Shown: positions 28,731 to 42,901, counted from the first letter of the stretch. The stretch: DNA of 64,000 nt from Eledone cirrhosa (GCA_964016885.1 OZ024744.1:33852001-33916000), one strand, 5' to 3'. Notes: a model not told the origin generated them from the sequence alone. Numbers and translations are program-made.

Positions 28731-29380
28731 ACTATATCTCTTTCTCATATATCTCTTTCATTCTCTCTCCTTCTCTGGAAGAATAGGTTGTATTCAGACC
28801 TGGAAAGAGAATGGGCTCTGCTAGGTTTAAAATACCGAAGACACGTCCTATGTGGGATGCATTGCGATATCTAATTCAGCTCAATGTGATCTGAAATTAA
28901 ATTATTTTTCTTTTTGCCGAGTGTTGTATAGTAACACATGGTATCCGCAATGGAAAGACCAATAGAAATACTACTTCCTCTGTCGTCAGACTTGAAGATC
29001 GGCTCCTTTCTTTTTGAAGATATTTTATTCTCAAACGTATTTATGTGAGAACATTTCAAAGGTTTCTCATCCGTTTGATATTTATGAGGGTGTTGAGTTG
29101 GCAGAATTGGTTAAGCTTTGTACATTTTAAGTTAAAATCTGTCGAGGTCAACCTTGGCTTTCATTCTTCCGGGTTCCATAAAATAAAGTACCAGTCAACT
29201 GCTGGTGTTGATTTAATCAACCTTTCCTCCAAATTTGCTGGCCTTGTGAATAAATTAGGAGTCATAGTTATTTAATTCTTTTACTGTTTTCAGTCACTTC
29301 CTGCTGACATGCTGAGGGTAGGGCCTTAGAAACCAATATTTTTGTTAATAATATCTATATCTTCTGTCAATTTACTAAAT

Positions 29381-29570
29381 AATTGTTTCTACTATTGGCA
29401 CAAGGCCAGCAATTATCCCAGTGCATTACTGGTACTTTATTTTATCGACCTCGTAAGGATGAAAGGCAAAGTTAACCTCGGCGGGATTTGAACTCAGATC
29501 ATAAATGGAGGTAACTCTATGCTGCAAAGCATGGCGTCCGACCCTCTACCGATACTGCCAATCCACCGCC
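29381..29570 (-). mobile_element. SINE family A
   Basis: Full-length; TSD-like tttactaaataat/tttagtaaataat. Confidence 0.9.
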
Positions 29571-29884
29571 ATTGTTTAGTAAATAATGTTTTTTGTTTTT
29601 TGTTTTGATTTCTATATAATTATTTCTTGAAACTTGTAAGCTGAACATATTTTCTCAAATTAATTTCTATCTTAGTCAATCATTTCATTTTTCTACAGAC
29701 TTGTTTGACACTTGAGATACCAGCTTAAAACATTGTAGCCATTTTGTCCTTTAACTAAAGAGTGTTGACGAGAGTGAGATTTCTAATACCATAGATGACA
29801 AGAGAGTTACGTCAAGAAAGATATGATCAGCAACTGTTATGTGCATACCTTTCTAAATGTGCGCGCCGCATGGGATTGACCGCA

Positions 29885-30358
29885 AGAAGAGCAATAAACA
29901 TAATCATTGGATGCTGCAGGTTTCCCCTCCCAGCTCGAACCGGTGGGGATGGACCGAGGGGACGACAAAAGGCCAGACGGCAGGACCACCATGGTGGTAA
30001 ACCCCTCGTCTGGGATGCCACTTGCAGCGACACATTCTCCGACGGCAATCTGGTGCAGTCTCCGACGAACCCAGGTTCTGCTGCACTTCGGGCTGAGAAG
30101 AGTAAACTATCCAAGTATCGGACGCTCTCCGACAGGTTTGCAGTCGAGCTCCTAGCAGTTGAGACTTCTGGTGTCCTTGGCCCTAGGGCTACCTCCCTAC
30201 TTACCACCATAGGCGATGAGCTGATAAGCCGCAGGTGTGAGCCTCGTGAGATGGAATGGCTTTTCCAGCGCATTCCCCTTACCATCCTCCGGGGAAACGC
30301 CTTCTCCATTCGCCGGTGCCGTGGGGCGACCAGCACATGGGACCCCGTTTGCTCATAA
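29885..30358 (+). mobile_element. 3' fragment of RLE-type (CRE-like) non-LTR retrotransposon
   Basis: EPVGMDRGDDKRPDG, then after a frameshift GKPLVWDATCSDT...AEKSKLSKY...AVETSGVLG...LFQRIPLTILRGNA. This resembles a PD-(D/E)xK restriction-like endonuclease. Confidence 0.75.
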
Positions 30359-30359
30359 T

Positions 30360-30519
30360 AATTGTTTCTACTTTTAGGCACAAGGCCAGCAATTACCCAG
30401 TACATTACTGGTACTTTATTTTATCGACCTCGTAAGGATGAAAGGCAAAGTTAACCTCGGCGGGATTTGAACTCAGATCGTAAAGAGACGTAACTATGCT
30501 GGAAAGCATGTCTGACCCT
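30360..30519 (-). mobile_element. SINE family A, 5'-truncated
   Basis: Matches family A body and tail; the A-box head is missing. Confidence 0.85.
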
Positions 30520-30902
30520 AATGTTAGTTGGGAAGGGCGAGAGAGATGGAGGCATTGACAGTGGGAGTTCGGCTCCTCTGTTTTCGGACCTGGTGTACGT
30601 GTATGTGCATGCTTACTGTCTTATCATTTAGACTATATTATTTAGTCAAAATATTATGGTGTAACATAAGAGGTTTTTGTATAAAATTATGTTAGAATAT
30701 TTTAACATAATCATTATGTTGAACCATTTATTGTTGGTAGTTGGTGTGGTTTGATGTTGCGGTATTTAGTGTTGTTGTTGGCGGTGGTGTTGGTATTAGG
30801 GGGGGGGGAGGAACTTCATTGGGTTATCTGCTTGTGTATTTATGTCGTATTCGTTCGTGCCATTGTGTCATTTCTCTTATTACCAGTAATTGGAGTTCAT
30901 TT

Positions 30903-30958
<56 letters not shown>

Positions 30959-31076
30959 AATGTATGTATGTATATATATAGTGTTTATCATATGCAGCGT
31001 ATAAAGGTGTCAGGATAAATTAGCAGTGATACGAGAAATAAAAAAATAATATACATAAATATATACGCGTGTGTGC

Positions 31077-31112
<36 letters not shown>

Positions 31113-31247
31113 TTTATTAAGGTCATCAGACCCTGTGATAAACAGACGAAAAAGGAGTAACAAGACTAACTATATAACCTTAATAAAATGAATTTAAAAA
31201 TTGTACTTCGGTATTGCGTACTCTTTTCCCTCAGCCGTCAACCACAT

Positions 31248-31282
<35 letters not shown>

Positions 31283-32764
31283 CATATGTACATACATGCA
31301 CGTACATACATAAATACATACATACATACATACATACATACATACACACACACAGATATATGTACATATGTATTCGTGTATGAATATATCTTTCTGTATG
31401 TGTATATATAAGTATGTTTGTGTGTATGTATGCGATTATAAAGAAAGACAAATACTATACAAAAAAAATAAATAAATAAAATAATTTACTGATGAGATGT
31501 TAGTGAGAAATCAAGGAATGTTCTCGAAAGAATCATAGATTCTGTCTTGTTTTGGTTAAAGTGGAAGGTTTATGTATTTTTTATCCCAAATCTATTTCAA
31601 TTTAGAAGAAATGTTGGTTCCTTTTGTATAAATTGCCTTTGACACACGAACCTTACTGACCTCTTTTCACACGGATGAACTAACTCTGTAACCCCCAAAA
31701 CAAGTTATGCAAAATTCCATAACTTTGGTTAACCTAAAAAAAAAAGAAAATGAAAAAGGATCCCAGAAACAAGATATATCTTATCTTTAGAATTTAGGAT
31801 GCAAGTGGTGTGAATTAAAACACACACATATATATAGATACATACATACATACATACATACATACATACATACATACATACATACACATATATATACATA
31901 CATGTGTGTATTTGCAAATATATATATATATGTACACACACATATATATATATGCACACACACATATATATATAATCATATGTTTCCTTTCAGCTGTTTT
32001 AAGAGCATATGAGTATATTTATCCATTAAGTAATTAGGAAAACAATCATTGCTCAAAGATTCGGTCGATAATGAGGTCAAACAAGGGTTATATAAGCTAT
32101 CAAATTTGGTAATATTTTCCTACATTGATTACTTATGAAGGGAAGTAATATTGAATTACAAAGCAATGGCGGTGTTTTTGGTAGAATATGTAGAGGACCA
32201 GGCTAGCAAAGGCGTAAATGTATTTAGTAAATACTAGCGGGACCCGTGGAAATTCAAAAGACGAAATATTAAGAGGAGCTATTTAAGAGATGTCTAACTG
32301 TATATTATCTCTTCTTACCTGTTGTCCTAGTCTACCTTAGTTCTACAATGATATGTCTCCGTTCTTTCTTCATTTCCTCACCTCTCTGTACACATACATA
32401 CATATTACAATTGTGTGTCTATGTGTATATATATATACATTTATATGTATGAGTATATCAATATATACACACAAACACACAAACACACAAAACACGCACA
32501 CATACACTCAGACAAATGCACAGACACAAACACTCACAGAAAACATACACACATACACTCGCACAAAACATACACATACACTCACACAAGCGCTCACATG
32601 CACGCACACACACAAGTGTAGTTAATCTTGGAACGCCCATCGCTATAGCATTTCACCAGCCCCTTCCTTTCTCAATCATTACATACATGTGTGTGTATGT
32701 AATAATTATTTTGTATCATGTGTCTATTTATGAATATGTATGAGTAGATGTGTGTGTGTGTGTG

Positions 32765-32899
<135 letters not shown>

Positions 32900-32997
32900 G
32901 GTAAGCAGAAATAACAAAAATAACAAAACAAACGGCACAGTACATAGAAGAAGTATATTAGTTTAACGCTTGAAATAGCAGGAAGAGAGTCTTAGAG

Positions 32998-33033
32998 TCT
33001 TGACGTTTCGGACACTAGTCCTTCATCAGAAGA
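32998..33033 (-). ncRNA. Minimal type I hammerhead ribozyme motif
   Basis: Minus strand: tctt-CTGATGA-a ggac tagt gtcc-GAAA-cg-TC-aaga. Confidence 0.85.
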
Positions 33034-34355
33034 TAGAGTTAGAAATAGAAGATAAATCGAAAGTAAAGAGTGATGAGAGAAAGGAAAGGGGAAAATAAGA
33101 AAACAAAATGGGGAGAAAAAAAAACACACGTGCGTATTGAGAGGCTGGGAGTTCAATTTTCGGACCTGATGATGCATTGTGTCCTTGAGCAAAACATTTT
33201 ATTTCACGTTGATCCAATTTACTTTCAAATAGTTTTGAAAATAATCAAGAATTTTGTAAGAATTAGTAATATAACTACTTTTCTGATGATTAAGTTTGTG
33301 TTTAGAACCTAACTTAACAATGATGAAAGGATTTTAGATATTTATGAGGGAACGCTTGGTCCCGTAACTCCGAATGGGGTCGTTGAGGTACCGTATTGAC
33401 ATACCGCATTTCTAAGGCATCTTTAAAACTGACGGAGCCCATCTTTCCAGGTCTGAATAGAGCAAATTTCTTCTAGACAATGATAGTGATTAAGAGAATG
33501 GAAGTGAGAAAGATATATACGGGAAGAAGAATCGACCCCAGTATTTGACTTGCAGTTTTTTATCGACCCCGAATGCACGAAAATCAAAATTAACCTCGAC
33601 GGTATTTGAACTGAGGGAGCAGAGAGACGAAGCAAAAACCGCCAAGCATTCTATCTTACATTCTAACCACTCTGTCAATTCGCCACCTTTTTAGATATAA
33701 ACACTTCAAAATATGCCTTTTTGTATCATAGAATAAGGGTTGGCTCGGGGGCATTGTTATCAAAAAGGTTAAACTGTTGTTTGGGATATAATTTTAAAAG
33801 GTTTCTGAAATAAACTTGGGTTGGAAGGTTTTTTAATATTAATATAAACATTTTATAGCAAACGTCTTTGTATGGTAGAACAAAGGGTGGTTTCAGATGG
33901 TTTGGCATCAAAAGAGATATTAATCACTCCTTACAATGCTACAATGTAATCATTTGATAAAATACTAGTCATGAAACGATACAGATGTTCAGCGAACCGA
34001 ATCCACTGACGTTCAGTAAAAAAATCAAAACATTACAACTTCTGAGTTATCCACCTTTTCTCGAACTTTGTCACATTAACAACCCCTGGCCAAGCGAAAA
34101 CTCGTCAATGTTTCATTCATCTACAAATTACAACAATAGAGAATCAATACCAAAAATATAACGACTTGAAGGGCATTCTAATGATAATGTATGAATACAT
34201 GTGTATGTGTGTATATATGTGTATATATGAATATGTAAATCTCTCTCTCTCTCTCTCTCTCTCCCTCTCTCTCTCTCTCTCCAAAGTCAAAAATGTGCGT
34301 TGCGGGTGTTAATTTTAAGTTAAAATAAATTTTTTAAATGCCCGCGCAGCAGTTG

Positions 34356-34409
<54 letters not shown>

Positions 34410-34552
34410 AGTATATGTTGGTTGTATACCAACACATCAGTATGCAGGCTGGAGCACTCGACGAAGTGCGCAGGTTGGTTTGGTTACTCCGCAGTAATGT
34501 AAAATAAAATAAAATAAATAAGTCAAATGTTTAAAATTTAGCTTCATTTATT

Positions 34553-34607
34553 ACTGCTATATATATTTCGGTGACAGCCATCTTTGGCTGTGACTTCTTC
34601 AGGCAGT
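34553..34607 (-). ncRNA. Type I hammerhead ribozyme motif
   Basis: Minus strand: actgc-CTGAAGA-agtc acagcca aaga tggctgt cacc-GAAA-tatata-TA-gcagt. Confidence 0.85.
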
Positions 34608-35046
34608 CCGAATTAGTGTGGTAGAGACAAGAACATATGTTGTTGAGGTGTATAACTTTATCAATACTTTGATATGCCCAGTTCCTGGTTGGGTTATTTC
34701 ACTGAGGAACTGGAATCATATGAATTCAAACAAACGAATTTCAGTGTCAAAGGGCTTCTTCTCCTCTCATTGGTCAGTTGTTAGAACATTCCTCAGTCAA
34801 AAGTCTATAGAAATTCGTTCTGAGGCAAGCAATCTGTAGTCTTGTTCTTGTTATTGTTATGTACATCTGACCTCAATTCTTGTGTTGGTAGTGTTGTTAT
34901 TGTTGGAGTTAGCTCAAAAAAATTGATAAAGTGGTAGAAGGAATAAGGTGGTAAAGGAACAAAATAACAAAAAAATGTGGTTGGGGGGTTCTTCCATGTA
35001 TTTGAAGAAATATAAGGCAATAAAATTAAGAAAACAGAAAATAAAT

Positions 35047-35233
35047 AATTTTTTTCTACTTTAGGCACAAGGCCAGCAATTACCCAGTGCATTACTGGTA
35101 CTTTATTTTATCGACCCCGTAAGGATGAAAGGCAAAGTCAACCTCGGCGGGATTTGAACTCAGATCGTAAAGGGACGTAACTATGCTAGAAAGCATAGTT
35201 ACGACCCTCTACCGATACTGCCAATCCACCGCC
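35047..35233 (-). mobile_element. SINE family A
   Basis: Full-length; 21-bp flanking duplication agaaaacagaaaataaataat. Confidence 0.92.
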
Positions 35234-35639
35234 CTCAGAAAACAGAAAATAAATAATAAACAGAGAATAAAGAATAAATGAAAAATTTATGAAAAAGTAA
35301 TGAAAATGAATATGGAGAAGTGAAAAATAAAATGAAGATTCAAATAAAGTAAGATAAAGTGTGTGTGTGCTATAACCAATCTCAAGGTCAGAAATATGTT
35401 GGATAGATTGGTATGAGGAAACAAGATGTTAAAATAATAAAAGAATAAGATAATCAAATAAAATGTGTTTGTGTTATAACCAATCTCAACTTAGAAATAA
35501 ATATAAGGTGATAAAGTGAATATAACAGAAAACAAATAACAAATTAATAAAGAGAAATCAAGATTGAAAAATTGAAAAATTGAAAAATCAAAAATCAAGT
35601 AAATTAAAATGTGTTTGTGTTATAAAGATGTTGGCCAAA

Positions 35640-36190
35640 TTATAATGGCTGTATCCGAATCAATCTCTAGGCTATCATGGGGTCTTCTCAGCCTGGGTTG
35701 GTCCCTATGGCTTGAGGGGAGTTCTTAACCTAGGGTGTTGTTATTGCTCATATATCTTGAGGGAGGTCTGGCCGAGAGGAGTCTACATGTTCTGGAGAAG
35801 TCCCTATAGCTTGATGGGAGTTCACATCTTCTTGAGGAAGGTCCCAGCTCTGAGGTGTCTGCATGTCCCGAAGAAGTCGGTTCTGAGGTTTATCAGGCCG
35901 CTTCCACCTCTTAGTATCTCGAGGGTCTCGTTCAGGCATAGTTTGCATATACAAGATCACCCTTTATCGGGTGGTACTTTCCTGATTATGTACCAGGCCA
36001 GAGAGTACGGGGTCCTGTCCAGCTTAAGCTTCCAGATCAGGTCGGAGAGAGCCGTGCTTTTCCTTTTGGCCTCCTTATTGAAGAAATGGCGATGGTTGTA
36101 CCAGCGGTCTTTAAAGCTCGTTAAAACCCCCAACTCCGAACACCTCTACATAGGAGCCACATCAACGAGCTTTAAAGACCGCTAGTACAA
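35640..36190 (-). mobile_element. Penelope-like GIY-YIG fragment with inverted 5' piece
   Basis: Minus strand reads TSFKDRWYNHRHFF...STALSDLIWKLK...CKLCLNETLEI...TCRH. Plus strand 36123-36190 reads EHLYIGATSTSFKDR, overlapping in inverted orientation. Confidence 0.8.
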
Positions 36191-36231
36191 TTGTTGCTGT
36201 TGTTGTTCTTGTTGTCATTATTGTTGTTGTT

Positions 36232-36274
<43 letters not shown>

Positions 36275-36416
36275 TTGTTGTTGTTCTGGTTGGTGTTGTT
36301 TATATTTTGCATGTTATTGGTGTTTGTGTTAGTGTTGATGTTACAATCAACGTCCGACATCGTGTTTTCAAAACTGACGACATTTTCGATGTCTTTCAAT
36401 GATAGATAGATAGATA

Positions 36417-36673
36417 TGTTTCTTTATTAGCCACAGGGGCACAAAAGAAGGGGACAAATACAAAGGGGGAAGTTTACATACAATAAAAACGTGTAAAATG
36501 TTATCACAAATGCAATTTAAAAAATTAGTCGATTTTCAAAAATAGGGGGAGACAGTTCATAGAGTTGGCCAGTTCGTCTTCCACCATGCCTAGGGCTTCG
36601 CCGAGGGCGTCGTCGCATCTGCTAACCACCAGCCCTCTATAGAATGACGAGGTGGATTCTCCACTGACAGCCT
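36417..36673 (-). mobile_element. Short Tx1/L1 remnant (3' tail plus a piece of ORF2) between (GATA)n runs
   Basis: The tail tttctttattagccaca.gggcacaaaagaaggg matches the 3' ends at 36690 and 44710. 36566-36672 matches 37482-37588. Confidence 0.8.
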
Positions 36674-36921
36674 GATAGATAGATAGATAAATTTCTATTT
36701 ATTTTCCACGAGGGCACAATAGAAGGGGACATTTACACAGTGGGGGAGTTTACATAAATCGAGCAAAGAAAAAAGGAATAACAATAATAATATAACAATA
36801 AAAAGTCCTCAAAAGGGAGGGGGCGTGTTGGGGATTGCACATACCCCCGAAAAGTGTGCAACTCTTTTCGCGGGGGAAGCCCAGAGAGGAGGCGCTCCCC
36901 CTTTCCTCTTCACTTCTTCAC

Positions 36922-39900
36922 CTACAGAACAATGTAGAGAGAAGGCCCATTTACACGGGCCATTCTCGCTTCTTTCACCCACCTTTCATAAAACTGTCTG
37001 GGACCAAGCACTTCTCTCTCCATCCTGATTCTTCTTCCGAAGTGGTATCGGAAGAAGTAAACCAGGTGATGGCCGGAGAGAAAGTCACCCGACCTCAGAC
37101 CTTTCAGGCGCGTCCACCACACAACCTCTTTCATCATGGCTATTACGCACAGAAAGACCGCCTCTGCTTCATTTCTGAAGGGAGGAGGCGGCTTGATGTT
37201 CACCACAGACTCGGCGGTTAATCGAATCGGCGCCACACGCGACAGCAGTCGTTCGACGTAGCCCCACAGATCGGCAACGCCCGGGCAGTGTACCAGTGCA
37301 TGCGCAACGGTTTCCTCGTCGCGCACGCATCTGGGACAGATCTTTTTCGCGGGATCCCTGCCCGGGCGCCCGTGTCTGTAGAGCTTTTCTCGAACAGGCA
37401 GAGCCCCCCGGTAACACTGCCAGGCTAGGGACCTCTGGAAGTTGTCCATGGGTCCCGGGCCGAAAGTTCTACCGAACAGGCTGGCCAGTTCGTCCTCCTC
37501 CATGCCTAGCGACTCTCCAAGGGTGTCGTCGCCCCTGCTAGCCACCAACCCTCTATAGAATGTCGAGGTGGATTCTCCACTGACAGTCGGGTCCGCTTGC
37601 CAGATAGCCGTGAGCGCCTGGGCACACTCGGTGTGCCAGTTGTCCAGTTTTCTCGGTCTTTGCTTCACCCAGGATTGCAGTTCGGTGAGCGAGACGAGCT
37701 GTGGGAAGGCTCGCCTCACAAACGGGGTCCACACCGGCTGACCGTTGAGGAATACCTGTAGATGCCGTAGCCTCAATGCGTGCCTACGCATCAACAGCCA
37801 CGGCATACCCAGCCCTCCTTTCGAAGGGTGCTGGCAGCAGATGGATCTCCTCACCATGGGAGGCCGCTTCTTCCAGAGGAACTGGAAGAGCATGCGTTCA
37901 ATGATGGTGAGCTTTTCCTTGGGGCAAGGCACGACGGTCAGGTGGTAGTAGATGACGGACGCTATGTAAGCGTTCGTCACCTCCGCCCGACCTTTCAGTG
38001 ATAGTTTGCACTTGGCCCACTTCTGGGTCAGCGCAAACACCCTGATCGTCACCTCGCCCCAATTCTTCTCCACCTGAAGGTCCGGTCCGAACCAGACCCC
38101 GAGCAGCTTCACCGGGCCCTCCGTCCACCGCCCGACGACACCGTCTAACGGCATCGGTTTGCCACTCCACGTTCCGAGTTGCAAACCGACTGACTTGTCC
38201 TGGTTCAGCTTAGCCCCCGTCAGCCTTTCGTATTCCTCCAGTAGGGTGGCGATCGCCCCGATTTCCGAGGCGTCCGCCACCATTACTGTTACGTCGTCGG
38301 CATAGGCCGAGACCGCTTTGTGCAATCCCGGTTCCAGGGGTATGCCCCGCAGCAACTCCAACTTCCGCAGCAGTGGCTCGAGAGTCAATACGTACAGAAG
38401 GGAGGAGAGGGGGCACCCCTGTCTGATGGATCGGGTGATTTGAAACGGCTCCGAGAGGTAGCCGTTTAATTTAATCCTAGAGTAGATGTTGCCACTGTGG
38501 ATGGCAGAAATCCAGCCCCTGAAAACGGGTCCGAAGCCCGCCGCCGCTAGCACCGCATCCAGGTAACCATGGTCGACCCTATCGAACGCCTTAGATTGAT
38601 CCAAGTTGATCAGGGCCCCACCAAAGCCGGGTTCGTAGCCAACCCTCTCTATGATGTATCGCATGAGGTGGAGGTTGTCGTGAATGGACCTGGACGGGAT
38701 AGCGCATGTCTGCGCGTCTCCCACCAAACCACCCACCACAAGCGCCAACCTCTTCGCCAACACCTTGGCCAAAATCTGTAACTCTGCATTCAGCAGAGTT
38801 ATGGGCCTAAAGTTACTTAAGTCGTCCCCCTTGCTCTCGTCCTTCCTCACTAGCGTGACCACGCCCTTGGTCACAGAACAGGGAATTCTCCCGTTCTGTT
38901 GCCAGTTGCAATAGACAGCCTCGAGGAGTTCGGAGAACAAGACCGGCATAGCTAAATAAAGTTCGTATGGTAGACCATCGAGACCCGGGGATTTGCGTCT
39001 GCTGCATTGGCTGAGCGCTTCCCCGATTTCAGTGGCTGTGATTGGCCTTTCGCAGCACTCCGCTTCGCCGCTCGAAAGACGCGGTAGACCGTCGAGGTAT
39101 GGACCGAAGTCCACATCCCCGTCCGGCCCCCCGCCACCTCCGAACAGTCGAGCAAAGTGCCTTTGAAAGGTCTCGCACATTCGCTCAGGTTCAAGGATCA
39201 CCCGTCCATCCTGGTCTCGCAAAGACCGAATGGTGGATTTAATCCCACTCTTGGCTTCTGTCACGCGGGCCCAGCTAACAGCTTTGGTCCCCTCGTTTCC
39301 TAAAGCACGTATTTTACTTCGGACAACGCAGCCTTCGTGCTTCGCGTCAAAGAACTGGCTCAATGCCGTTCTCGTCGCTAACACTCTGGCTACGTCTCCG
39401 CTCCTAATCGCCTCTTCTAGTTTATCTGTTAATTCCCTTTCCCTCCTATTTCTATTCGCCGCTAGTTCCTTACTGTAACCTATCGAACTTACTCTAATCT
39501 CTCTCTTTAGAGATATCCACCACCTACTGTTGACGATCGCTCCCGTCAACCGCATCTTAACTAAGCTACTAATCCGGTTCCTGTAATCTTTCTTTGTCGG
39601 TAAGGACAAGTTCATCTTCCAGTAACCGGGACCCTGTCTATGCGTTCTATCAAGGTTGACCACGCAGGTCACTAATTTGTGATCTGAATAGCCAACCATG
39701 ATCAGTTCTGGACAACTGAATACGTCCCTATCCTTACTCCTAACCAAAAACCTATCTAGGTACGATCTAGATTGTCCACTGCGGTTTGCCCAGGTCCAGG
39801 TTGGCGCAGTTGGACAATCTAGTCGAAATCTATCGACCAGGTCGAATCGATCGAGTAACCCCTTGAGGCTGCTACACCCCCCTCTATCGGGACATGCCCC

Positions 39901-40354
39901 TGCATAGTCCCAACGCGCATCTAGGATTCCATTCCAGTCCCCCACTAAAAGCAGGGAACGCGACGTTCCTAGAAAAGTCTCCAGACGCTGGAAGAAGTCG
40001 GCTCTTTCCGCCCCGAAGGGAGCATAAAGACCGACCAGTCTGAAAGCCCCGCCTTCACCGCCTCCGACGTCCAGCACCAGTAATCGACCCCCCGGGTCCG
40101 AGTGAACAATCTGTACGTCGAGAGTCAGACGTTTATCCAGCAGTACGGCAACTCCCCCCCCCCCCGCCTCCGGGTTGACAGAGAGATGCGTGCATCTCAA
40201 AGTCATCGAAGGCGGGCGCCAGCTGTCTCACGCTGCTGATCCGACTCTCGCAAACAACCATCACATCTATACTTTGTGACCTGAGGTCACTTAGAAGCTT
40301 TGCTTGCTTCCAAGCTGAGCCCAGGCCACGCGCGTTCAAACAGCCAACTCTCAA
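36922..40354 (-). CDS. LINE ORF2: AP endonuclease, reverse transcriptase and C-terminal zinc finger; one frameshift at the homopolymer ~40154-40165
   Basis: GCLNARGL, VCES, GDWN, YLDRF and SDH (APE); PGLDG, FRPITLLN, DQSKAFDRV, RQGCPLS and YADD (RT); CPRC..ETVAHALVHC. Confidence 0.9.
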
Positions 40355-40359
40355 TTGAT

Positions 40360-42230
40360 CTATTTTGGTGTTGAAAGTGAAGAAAGAAAAGCACTTACCT
40401 CTCCGGGTTGCGTAATTTCCATGGCATCAGGTGTGTTGGGTGGAGGGATGTTTTGTGGTGGTGTGGGGGTACACGTGTGTGGTGGGGTTGGGGTATTTGG
40501 AGTTGTGTCAGGGAGGGGGGCGGTTATGGGGAAATCTTTCAAGAGGACGCGATTCAACGGTTTTAAACAGGGGGGGGGGGGGGGGGGGCTCACGTCCCGT
40601 CTAAATTGTTCTTTTAAGGAACGATAAAGGTCCAGAGGGACCTTTATCATTTTTAAATGGGTGAAGTTCTCTGTTGAGATAAAGTTTGGCCCTTCGGTCT
40701 GCACCATAGGGTTATTGTTTATTAATTTAACCAGTTTTTTGTTTTCTTTATTTATATGTGTGTATTGCAACGTCTTTTTTTGTGATGCTGTCAATGTTTC
40801 GGAGAGGGGAGGCGCAGATTTATTTTTGTTTGTTGAGGGTGGGGTGTTTTTGATTGGAGTTGGTGTTTGTGTGTGGGTTATTTGTGGTGTGCTGGGTGTG
40901 TGTTTTCTTTTTTTTCTTTTAACTTGTCTGAAGGCTTCTCCTCCTTCTTCTTCAGAAGTTGGGGGAAACTCTTCAGCGCTAGGTGGGAGGGACGTGTTGT
41001 GTGGTTGTTTTTTTTTTGCGGGAGGGGTAGATTTGTTACTGTTTTTTTTATTATTTGTTTGGAATGGGTTTTGTGGTGGTGGTGGTAATGTTTGTGTCGT
41101 GCTTGTGGTTGGTGATGGTGGTGTTTGTGTTGTGGTTGGTGGTGGTGATTTTTGTGTCGTGCTTGTGTTTGGTGCTGGTGGTGGTGATGTTTGTGTTGTG
41201 TTTGTGGTTGGTGGTGTCTGTATTTTGTTTGCTGTGTGTGGTATTAGTGTATTTTTGGAGGTGGGTGGTGTTGGTGTACTGTTTGTGGTGGGTGTGGGCA
41301 ATAGTCCTTTTTGGGGGATACGTTTCGGGCAGTTAGCCTTAACGTGTCCCCTTTCCATGCATAAATAGCATGCTGGTCTTCTCCCCTCTACAATTATGTC
41401 TATTGGGGTAAGGTCATCCAGCCAGATGCGATCCGGGATTTGTGCTATTCTTTCGGGCCTCATTTGGACTAGTATGTCGAGGCCCATTCCCAGGAACGCA
41501 TCTCCAGTTGCCTTCCCCATTGACAACATTGTGTCTTCGCCCATATCAATGAAGCCAGCAATAGCCCACCAGAAGTCCATTGTGGGCAGCATTGTTTTTA
41601 CTTTTACTCTCTGTGTTCTTCTACCCATGTAGGAGGGATAGAAGCTATATGTTGTCGATGAGAGTGGGCTTAAGGAAAGCTTCTCCGCCGTTTCCTTGTC
41701 TCTTGTTAGGACCGAAATGCTGCCATAGAGTCGGTCCTTTCGTATGAAGAGAATATTCTTCATATAGTCTTTTAGGACTAACTCTATTTCCATTTGGCTG
41801 GGCTGTGCTGGCTTTCTTGTCTGGTTCAGTATAGTTCTGTAGAGAACTGTGTTTTCTGCTCTGGCTTTCTTGAATTCTGGGGGGGGGGGGAGTTAATGGA
41901 AAACATTCCGTTCTCCCCCAAAACAATGTGTTTCTTTGCTTCGGCCAGTTTTTCTCTGGCGGCAGTTAGGTCAATTGGTGTGTATGTAATGGATTGTTTT
42001 GTTTTCTGGGCGAAAGTTGCCCTGTTGTTATTTGTATTATTTTCTGTTTGTTTGTTTTCTGTTTGCTCATTTTCCTTAACATTTGTTTTTTCATTTTCTT
42101 TGTTTGTTTCATTGTCTAATTTTGTTGTAATTATTTTTTGTTCTTCAGACTTGGGGGGCGTGGCAGAGCTAATGGCAGACATGTCTGCCATCTTTTCCGC
42201 CATGCTGCCAAGAAAGAAATTTTTCGGCAA
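40360..42230 (-). CDS. LINE ORF1 (CCHC zinc knuckle, P/T-rich tail); one frameshift at the homopolymer ~41879-41891
   Basis: CYLCMERGHVKANC. The GENGMFSINSPP segment joins PEFKK...KPAQPSQMEIELVLK as in the uninterrupted paralog at 54859-55965. Confidence 0.85.
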
Positions 42231-42613
42231 AAATAGATATTTATTTTACCCCCTAAAAAGGGGGTAAGTGCAAAAATGTTTCCCTAAAAAACAGGGGTTA
42301 GTGTTCCAAATGTGTTGCACTGAAAAATTTATCCGGTACTTGCAATAGTAAGGGTAAATCCCGATGGAATAGCGGAGCCGATGTGAAGCGTGTCTTACTC
42401 TATCAAGATAGATAGATAGATAGATATGTTTCTTTTAGATAGATAGATAGATAGATAGGCAGGCAGGTAGGTAGACAGATGGATAGACAGACAGGCTGAT
42501 AGACAAACAGACAGAGAGATAGATAAGTAGATAGATGAATGAATGGATGAATAGTGAGAGAATGAGAAAATGCGAGAGACGGATTGAGACATTAATAAAA
42601 TAGACAGTATATG

Positions 42614-42682
<69 letters not shown>

Positions 42683-42687
42683 ATAAA

Positions 42688-42787
42688 ATATTAAAAAAAT
42701 AATGAATAAAACAATGAAACAGTTCCTTATATTAAACAAAAAAAGTTCATTATTTAACGATCGTTTCTAGGATATATATGTGTTAGA
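42688..42787 (-). repeat. Second copy of the 598-690 sequence (3' half of a hammerhead plus tail)
   Basis: Reverse complement reads tctaacacatatatatcctagaaacgatcgt.aaataatgaa...taaggaactgtttc. It is bracketed by an inverted pair at ~42583-42620 and ~42849-42884. Confidence 0.75.
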
Positions 42788-42901
42788 ATATACATTTAGT
42801 TGAGCTCTTTCAATTGTCCATCATCCATATATATATATATATATATATACATACTTATACTGTCTATTTTATTAATGTCTCAATATATATATATATATGC
42901 G

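Larger units (their letters stand above)
36690..42406 (-). mobile_element. Near full-length L1/Tx1-clade LINE flanked by (GATA)n
   Basis: 5'UTR, ORF1 with zinc knuckle, ORF2 APE-RT-zf and 3'UTR. GATA runs at 36674-36689 and from 42407. Confidence 0.93.

Noticed and set aside
31486-31546. CTGATGA...ttctc-GAAA-gaatc ata gattc-TG
   Set aside because: The cleavage position is G and there is no helix I, so it was not counted.
40355-42267. Plus-strand ORFs overlapping the LINE (e.g. 40661-41368, 41794-42267)
   Set aside because: Antisense shadows of the low-complexity ORF1.
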